Source: Naegleria gruberi | Lineage: Eukaryota | Direction: 5' to 3' (one strand) | Assembly: GCA_000004985.1 (NCBI GenBank) | Contig: GG738964.1 | DNA: 15,297 bases | Shown: piece by piece, positions 8,502 through 15,297 of the stretch | Position numbering within the stretch: position 1 is the stretch's first letter | Layout: each line of letters starts with the position of its first letter | Position numbers and translations under genes: made by a program | Notes under the pieces: model-generated | The model's database searches: none | What the model saw: the letters and a program-made list of their open reading frames with translations, nothing else | What the model was told of the DNA's origin: nothing

Positions 8502-11500
8502 NNNNNNNNNNNNNNNNNNNNNNNNNNNNNNNNNNNNNNNNNNNNNNNNNNNNNNNNNNNNNNNNNNNNNNNNNNNNNNNNNNNNNNNNNNNNNNNNNNN
8601 NNNNNNNNNNNNNNNNNNNNNNNNNNNNNNNNNNNNNNNNNNNNNNNNNNNNNNNNNNNNNNNNNNNNNNNNNNNNNNNNNNNNNNNNNNNNNNNNNNNN
8701 NNNNNNNNNNNNNNNNNNNNNNNNNNNNNNNNNNNNNNNNNNNNNNNNNNNNNNNNNNNNNNNNNNNNNNNNNNNNNNNNNNNNNNNNNNNNNNNNNNNN
8801 NNNNNNNNNNNNNNNNNNNNNNNNNNNNNNNNNNNNNNNNNNNNNNNNNNNNNNNNNNNNNNNNNNNNNNNNNNNNNNNNNNNNNNNNNNNNNNNNNNNN
8901 NNNNNNNNNNNNNNNNNNNNNNNNNNNNNNNNNNNNNNNNNNNNNNNNNNNNNNNNNNNNNNNNNNNNNNNNNNNNNNNNNNNNNNNNNNNNNNNNNNNN
9001 NNNNNNNNNNNNNNNNNNNNNNNNNNNNNNNNNNNNNNNNNNNNNNNNNNNNNNNNNNNNNNNNNNNNNNNNNNNNNNNNNNNNNNNNNNNNNNNNNNNN
9101 NNNNNNNNNNNNNNNNNNNNNNNNNNNNNNNNNNNNNNNNNNNNNNNNNNNNNNNNNNNNNNNNNNNNNNNNNNNNNNNNNNNNNNNNNNNNNNNNNNNN
9201 NNNNNNNNNNNNNNNNNNNNNNNNNNNNNNNNNNNNNNNNNNNNNNNNNNNNNNNNNNNNNNNNNNNNNNNNNNNNNNNNNNNNNNNNNNNNNNNNNNNN
9301 NNNNNNNNNNNNNNNNNNNNNNNNNNNNNNNNNNNNNNNNNNNNNNNNNNNNNNNNNNNNNNNNNNNNNNNNNNNNNNNNNNNNNNNNNNNNNNNNNNNN
9401 NNNNNNNNNNNNNNNNNNNNNNNNNNNNNNNNNNNNNNNNNNNNNNNNNNNNNNNNNNNNNNNNNNNNNNNNNNNNNNNNNNNNNNNNNNNNNNNNNNNN
9501 NNNNNNNNNNNNNNNNNNNNNNNNNNNNNNNNNNNNNNNNNNNNNNNNNNNNNNNNNNNNNNNNNNNNNNNNNNNNNNNNNNNNNNNNNNNNNNNNNNNN
9601 NNNNNNNNNNNNNNNNNNNNNNNNNNNNNNNNNNNNNNNNNNNNNNNNNNNNNNNNNNNNNNNNNNNNNNNNNNNNNNNNNNNNNNNNNNNNNNNNNNNN
9701 NNNNNNNNNNNNNNNNNNNNNNNNNNNNNNNNNNNNNNNNNNNNNNNNNNNNNNNNNNNNNNNNNNNNNNNNNNNNNNNNNNNNNNNNNNNNNNNNNNNN
9801 NNNNNNNNNNNNNNNNNNNNNNNNNNNNNNNNNNNNNNNNNNNNNNNNNNNNNNNNNNNNNNNNNNNNNNNNNNNNNNNNNNNNNNNNNNNNNNNNNNNN
9901 NNNNNNNNNNNNNNNNNNNNNNNNNNNNNNNNNNNNNNNNNNNNNNNNNNNNNNNNNNNNNNNNNNNNNNNNNNNNNNNNNNNNNNNNNNNNNNNNNNNN
10001 NNNNNNNNNNNNNNNNNNNNNNNNNNNNNNNNNNNNNNNNNNNNNNNNNNNNNNNNNNNNNNNNNNNNNNNNNNNNNNNNNNNNNNNNNNNNNNNNNNNN
10101 NNNNNNNNNNNNNNNNNNNNNNNNNNNNNNNNNNNNNNNNNNNNNNNNNNNNNNNNNNNNNNNNNNNNNNNNNNNNNNNNNNNNNNNNNNNNNNNNNNNN
10201 NNNNNNNNNNNNNNNNNNNNNNNNNNNNNNNNNNNNNNNNNNNNNNNNNNNNNNNNNNNNNNNNNNNNNNNNNNNNNNNNNNNNNNNNNNNNNNNNNNNN
10301 NNNNNNNNNNNNNNNNNNNNNNNNNNNNNNNNNNNNNNNNNNNNNNNNNNNNNNNNNNNNNNNNNNNNNNNNNNNNNNNNNNNNNNNNNNNNNNNNNNNN
10401 NNNNNNNNNNNNNNNNNNNNNNNNNNNNNNNNNNNNNNNNNNNNNNNNNNNNNNNNNNNNNNNNNNNNNNNNNNNNNNNNNNNNNNNNNNNNNNNNNNNN
10501 NNNNNNNNNNNNNNNNNNNNNNNNNNNNNNNNNNNNNNNNNNNNNNNNNNNNNNNNNNNNNNNNNNNNNNNNNNNNNNNNNNNNNNNNNNNNNNNNNNNN
10601 NNNNNNNNNNNNNNNNNNNNNNNNNNNNNNNNNNNNNNNNNNNNNNNNNNNNNNNNNNNNNNNNNNNNNNNNNNNNNNNNNNNNNNNNNNNNNNNNNNNN
10701 NNNNNNNNNNNNNNNNNNNNNNNNNNNNNNNNNNNNNNNNNNNNNNNNNNNNNNNNNNNNNNNNNNNNNNNNNNNNNNNNNNNNNNNNNNNNNNNNNNNN
10801 NNNNNNNNNNNNNNNNNNNNNNNNNNNNNNNNNNNNNNNNNNNNNNNNNNNNNNNNNNNNNNNNNNNNNNNNNNNNNNNNNNNNNNNNNNNNNNNNNNNN
10901 NNNNNNNNNNNNNNNNNNNNNNNNNNNNNNNNNNNNNNNNNNNNNNNNNNNNNNNNNNNNNNNNNNNNNNNNNNNNNNNNNNNNNNNNNNNNNNNNNNNN
11001 NNNNNNNNNNNNNNNNNNNNNNNNNNNNNNNNNNNNNNNNNNNNNNNNNNNNNNNNNNNNNNNNNNNNNNNNNNNNNNNNNNNNNNNNNNNNNNNNNNNN
11101 NNNNNNNNNNNNNNNNNNNNNNNNNNNNNNNNNNNNNNNNNNNNNNNNNNNNNNNNNNNNNNNNNNNNNNNNNNNNNNNNNNNNNNNNNNNNNNNNNNNN
11201 NNNNNNNNNNNNNNNNNNNNNNNNNNNNNNNNNNNNNNNNNNNNNNNNNNNNNNNNNNNNNNNNNNNNNNNNNNNNNNNNNNNNNNNNNNNNNNNNNNNN
11301 NNNNNNNNNNNNNNNNNNNNNNNNNNNNNNNNNNNNNNNNNNNNNNNNNNNNNNNNNNNNNNNNNNNNNNNNNNNNNNNNNNNNNNNNNNNNNNNNNNNN
11401 NNNNNNNNNNNNNNNNNNNNNNNNNNNNNNNNNNNNNNNNNNNNNNNNNNNNNNNNNNNNNNNNNNNNNNNNNNNNNNNNNNNNNNNNNNNNNNNNNNNN

Positions 11501-12028
11501 NNNNNNNNNNNNNNNNNNNNNNNNNNNNNNNNNNNNNNNNNNNNNNNNNNNNNNNNNNNNNNNNNNNNNNNNNNNNNNNNNNNNNNNNNNNNNNNNNNNN
11601 NNNNNNNNNNNNNNNNNNNNNNNNNNNNNNNNNNNNNNNNNNNNNNNNNNNNNNNNNNNNNNNNNNNNNNNNNNNNNNNNNNNNNNNNNNNNNNNNNNNN
11701 NNNNNNNNNNNNNNNNNNNNNNNNNNNNNNNNNNNNNNNNNNNNNNNNNNNNNNNNNNNNNNNNNNNNNNNNNNNNNNNNNNNNNNNNNNNNNNNNNNNN
11801 NNNNNNNNNNNNNNNNNNNNNNNNNNNNNNNNNNNNNNNNNNNNNNNNNNNNNNNNNNNNNNNNNNNNNNNNNNNNNNNNNNNNNNNNNNNNNNNNNNNN
11901 NNNNNNNNNNNNNNNNNNNNNNNNNNNNNNNNNNNNNNNNNNNNNNNNNNNNNNNNNNNNNNNNNNNNNNNNNNNNNNNNNNNNNNNNNNNNNNNNNNNN
12001 NNNNNNNNNNNNNNNNNNNNNNNNNNNN
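8502..12028. other. Undetermined sequence (3,527 N): assembly gap or mask. It hides the 5' part of the minus-strand gene and the distal mcm6 upstream region
   Basis: This is a run of n. The ORF track's 1,212-aa minus ORF through it is an artefact. Confidence 0.95.
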
Positions 12029-12033
12029 AATTC

Positions 12034-12055
12034 TTGGCGCCAAATATTTTCGCGC
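12034..12055. promoter_or_regulatory. Tandem E2F sites ~210-230 bp upstream of the mcm6 ATG: palindromic TTGGCGCCAA (12034-12043) and TTTCGCGC (12048-12055, + strand)
   Basis: Both are exact matches to the E2F consensus TTTSSCGC. The palindrome carries TTTGGCGC on the minus strand at 12037-12044. The second site is identical to the classic adenovirus E2 / DHFR-type site. These are the only GC-rich octamers in an otherwise AT-rich leader. MCM genes are canonical E2F targets. Confidence 0.5.
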
Positions 12056-12265
12056 CGAAACTTGAAAAAAAATCAATTAAAAAAAAATTGTCAAAAACAT
12101 TATCTCACACAACAATTTTTTGTGTTGTCATCACATCATCCAACAATTAATTTATATTATTTATAACTATCATCATCTACAAGTAATATAATAGTAGTAA
12201 CAACAACAACAAAACAACAATATAATAGTAATAACAATAATAATAATAACAATATAATAACAACC

Positions 12266-12771
12266 ATGAATGAAGGTAATGGAGGAGATAATGAAACAAG
12301 TACTATGAATCATGATGAATTTGGAGATGGTGGTGGAGAACAACAAGTGAATCAACAAATTAAACAATGGTTTCATGAATTTTTAAGACACTCACTAAAT
12401 CAAACAAATTTAAATATGTTTGTTCATGAATCAGGTAAAGAACCATTAGGTGAAAGATTACAAATACAATTTGCAGATATTCATACAAAAAGTGAAAGTG
12501 ATGGATCATCTATACCATCAGCTAGAAGTGTAATGGTTGATTTTACAAATGTAATGAATTATGATATGGATATTGCAATGTCAATTCGTCAAGAATTTTA
12601 TAGATTTGAACCTTTTTTAACACAATCTTTAAATATTGTTTATAAAGAATGGATACATTCAAATATTACAAGAAAAATGATTGATATTCATCAAATAGAT
12701 CAATCTTCTTCACCACATGAAAATAATTCTACAATTCAATTGAAATTTGTTAATTTACCTGATATGTTACA
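12266..12771 (+). CDS. mcm6: DNA replication licensing factor MCM6, exon 1 (168 codons plus 2 nt)
   Basis: The ATG at 12266 is the first ATG after an in-frame TAA (12164-12166). It follows an A/C-rich leader typical of Dictyostelium 5'UTRs. The exon ends '...NLPDMLQ' at a GTATGT donor (12772). The ORF track's tail 'YVLFFYFYFF...' is intron read-through. Confidence 0.8.
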
Positions 12772-12912
12772 GTATGTTTTATTTTTTTATTTTTATTTTT
12801 TTATATTTATTTATATTTACATTTATATTTATATTTATATTTATTTACATTTATGAAATATATTATAACAATTTTATTTTTTTAAAAATATATATTAAAT
12901 AATATTAAATAG
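12772..12912 (+). other. mcm6: Intron (141 nt, GTATGT...AAATAG) of mcm6, containing a (TATTTA)n microsatellite
   Basis: Splicing ca|gtatgt...aaatag|a reconstitutes a CAA (Q) codon. The frame then gives 'IRQLRSAHIGQLISLSGVVTRSSEVRPELVEG', matching the conserved MCM6 N-terminal region. The intron is ~95% AT. Confidence 0.8.
12800..12854. repeat. (TATTTA)n / (ATTTAC) microsatellite inside the mcm6 intron
   Basis: The sequence reads 'ttatatttatttatatttacatttatatttatatttatatttatttacatttatg'. Confidence 0.7.
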
Positions 12913-15297
12913 AATTCGTCAATTAAGAAGTGCACATATTGGACAATTAATAAGTTTAAGTGGAGTAGTGACAAGATCATCAGAAGTTAGACCAGAATTA
13001 GTTGAAGGTATATTTCATTGTGTAGAATGTGGTACAGTTTCAGATCCAATACCACAACAATTTAAATATACAGAACCAACATCATGTATTAATAAGACAT
13101 GTACCAATACAAAAAGATGGAGATTAGATATGCATAATTCTAGATTTGTAGATTGGCAAAAACTTAAAGTACAAGAAAATACACATGAAATACCATCTGG
13201 TTCAATGCCTAGAACATTAGATATTATATTGAGAAATGATTGTGTTGAATCTGCTAAAGCAGGTGATCGTTGTTTATTTACAGGTACTTTATTAGCTGTA
13301 CCTGATGTTGGTAAAATGTTTGGAGGTGCTCAAAGTCAACTCATTAATGCTAATTCTAAAAAGAAGGGTGATATTGAAAAACAAGGTGTTAAGGGTATTA
13401 AGGAATTAGGTGTACGAGAATTAACTTATCGATTATTATTTTTAGCTACCTCTGTTGAAACTATTGATCATACAAATAATAATAATACAAATAATACAAA
13501 TAATAACAAGTCAATGGCATCACAAATGATTAATAGTAGTGCTTTATCTAATAGTAATAATAATAATAATGGAAGTGTAGATTTTGAATCGAGTGAAGAA
13601 TTTATGAAGAAATGTACAGCTGAAGAACATGAAAAGATTCTAAAAATGTCCAAAGATGAAGATATCTATGAAAATCTAGCAAGTTCACTATGTCCTAGTA
13701 TATTTGGACATAAAAATATTAAGAAGGGAATATTATTAATGTTATTTGGTGGAGTACATAAAGAAACAGAGGAAAAGATTCAAATTCGTGGTGATATTAA
13801 TATATGTATAGTAGGTGATCCTTCAACAGCTAAATCTCAATTTTTAAAATTTGTATCTCACTTGATACCACGTGCAGTTTATACAAGTGGTAAAGCATCA
13901 AGTGCAGCTGGTTTAACTGCGTCGGTTGTTAAGGATTCAGAGAGAGGTGAATTTACAATTGAAGCAGGTGCATTAATGTTAGCTGATAATGGTGTTTGTT
14001 GTATTGATGAATTTGATAAGATGGATGTTAAGGATCAAGTTGCAATTCATGAAGCTATGGAACAACAAACTATTTCTATAGCAAAGGCTGGTATTAGAGC
14101 AACTTTAAATGCACGTGCTTCTATTCTAGCTGCTGCTAATCCAATTGGTGGTCGTTATAATCCTAGAAAAACATTGAAAGCTAATTTAGGTATTACACCT
14201 GCTATCATGTCTCGTTTTGATTTATTCTTTGTTGTACAAGATGAATGTGATGCTGAAATTGATAAAAAAATAGCTGAACATATTGTATCTGTACATCAAA
14301 ATAAGGGTCAATTGACTTGTATTAGTAATATTAATATTAATATGAATAATAATATGAATAGTAATATGAATAATATGAATCAAATGAATAATCAAATGAA
14401 TCAAATGAATAATGGAATGACACAAATTGGATCTAATATTGCACAATATTCTTCAGAAGATATAAAATTATATTTACGTTATTGTAGAAATTGTATACAT
14501 CCAATATTAACAACACAAGCACGTGAAGAATTAACAAAACAATATATTAAATTGAGACAGAATGATAAAGTTGGTAGTAATTCATATCGTATCACTGTAA
14601 GACAATTAGAATCACTTATTAGATTATCAGAAGCATTAGCTAGACTTCATTGTGAAAGTAGAGTTGAAATTAATCATGTTCGTAGAGCTATTGAACTTTT
14701 AAAAACATCAATTACAAAAGTAGCACAATCAGATATTATTCTAAGTAATAGTGATGGTATTGATGGTATGATGATGATGAATGAAACTATAAATGGAGAA
14801 TTAAAATCCAATATTCAAAAACAAAGAGAAAAGAATCAACAAGAATCAACAAGAGACTTGTTAAGAAATTTAAAAAATCAAAGAAGAAAGATTGAAACAG
14901 CACTTAATTTAGCATTAGATAGTCAAAATGAACAAGAATTATTATTGAAACAAATTGAAGAACAATCACAATCAATTAAATATATTTCTGAATATGAACA
15001 AGATCCAGATGAAAGAGATACACAAGAAGAACGTTTATTAGAATTAGAAAAGAAGAAATCTCAAATTAAGAAACGTTTAGAAGAAGCACGTCAACGTGTT
15101 GATTTATTAAGTGATCAATTAGAAAGAGAAATTGAAAAATCTCAACAATTAGAAGATGCAACTATTAATAGTAATAATATGATGGATGACAATGATGATA
15201 TGATAGATGATAATAATAATTCATTACTAGAAAGACAATATAATCATCATAGTACATTGAATGAAATGTCATCATCATCATCAAATATTATGACCTC
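12913..15297 (+). CDS. mcm6: DNA replication licensing factor MCM6, exon 2 (runs off the right window edge with no stop)
   Basis: It has a C4 zinc finger 'CVECG...CINKTC'. 'NSRFVDWQKLKVQENTHEIPSGSMPRTLDIILRNDCVESAKAGDRCLFTGTLLAVPDV' is MCM6-specific in my memory of the human sequence. Walker A is 'GDPSTAKSQFLK' (~13813-13848) and Walker B is 'CCIDEFDKMD'. 'SRFDLFF' and the C-terminal 'YRITVRQLESLIRLSEALARLHC' are also present. It is missing from the ORF track because there is no in-window stop. Confidence 0.85.
14321..14419 (+). repeat. mcm6: Coding 9-12-nt periodic repeat (AAT ATG AAT / CAA ATG AAT) producing an Asn/Met-rich insert 'NININMNNNMNSNMNNMNQMNNQMNQMNNGM' in MCM6
   Basis: This was read from the sequence. 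It lies after the arginine-finger 'SRFDLFF' region and before the conserved C-terminal helical region. The antisense ORF 14222-14446 is its shadow. Confidence 0.7.

Noticed and set aside
12056-12075. Possible CHR (cell-cycle genes homology region, TTYGAA) element 'aaacttgaaaa' just downstream of the E2F pair
   Set aside because: CTTGAA is one base off the TTTGAA/TTCGAA consensus, and such hexamers are abundant by chance in AT-rich DNA. It is too weak to report as a site.
8438-12076. 1,212-aa minus-strand ORF starting 'MIFFQVSARKYLAPRI'
   Set aside because: It is an N-run artefact. Its apparent start is the reverse reading of the E2F-site cluster, and its tail is out of frame with the genuine 8155-8501 coding frame.
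12100-12125. Apparent inverted repeat 'cacaacaa-tttt-ttgtgttg' in the mcm6 leader
   Set aside because: The arms are not true reverse complements. Two of 8 positions are swapped, so the symmetry comes from AC/TG dinucleotide composition.
12173-12376. 67-aa minus ORF across the mcm6 start
   Set aside because: It is an antisense shadow of the A/C-rich 5' leader and the first codons of mcm6, composed of poly-I/C/Y nonsense.
12772-12856. C-terminal 'QYVLFFYFYFFIFIYIYIYIYIYIYLHL' of the track's ORF 12266-12856
   Set aside because: This is read-through into the 141-nt AT-rich intron, which has a GTATGT donor at 12772. Splicing to 12913 restores the conserved MCM6 sequence.
7312-12912. Tandem AT-rich repeats in introns and 3' regions as candidate CRISPR-like or satellite arrays
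   Set aside because: These are short-unit (6-12 nt) degenerate microsatellites confined to introns of a eukaryotic genome. There is no constant-repeat/variable-spacer architecture.
13468-14446. Minus ORFs 13468-13653 and 14222-14446 inside mcm6
   Set aside because: They lie antisense to conserved MCM6 coding sequence, including the Asn/Met repeat. The second is a repeat shadow with an 'HLIHLIIHLIHIIH' pattern.

Overview
This window is eukaryotic, not prokaryotic. It has roughly 75-80% A+T, Asn/Gln/Thr homopolymer-rich coding sequence, short AT-rich GTATGT...AG introns and A/T third-position codon bias. That signature is typical of a dictyostelid social amoeba such as Dictyostelium discoideum. 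About 48% of the window is undetermined sequence in two N runs (3337-7218 and 8502-12028). Several long ORFs in the supplied track are X-filled artefacts of those runs. The determined sequence supports seven features:
- a minus-strand F-box-like gene running off the left edge (1-875), absent from the ORF track;
- a divergently arranged 99-aa Cys/His-rich ORF (943-1242);
- a kinesin with a kinesin-1-like motor core preceded by a ~265-aa Q/N/S/T-rich N-terminal extension (1514 to the gap);
- the 3' end of an ABCA-family ABC transporter, with one 103-nt intron (7219-8044);
- the 3' end of an unidentified minus-strand gene (8155-8501);
- paired perfect E2F consensus octamers (12034-12055);
- mcm6 (12266 to the right edge; one 141-nt intron; second exon absent from the ORF track).
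I see no CRISPR, tRNA, rRNA, mobile element or prokaryote-style defence or operon system. This looks like an ordinary housekeeping chromosomal region. The most interesting visible points are the E2F sites at mcm6 (with a weaker one at the kinesin), the unannotated Cys-rich small ORF, and lineage-specific low-complexity inserts in the kinesin and MCM6. Nothing can be said about the 7.4 kb of N.
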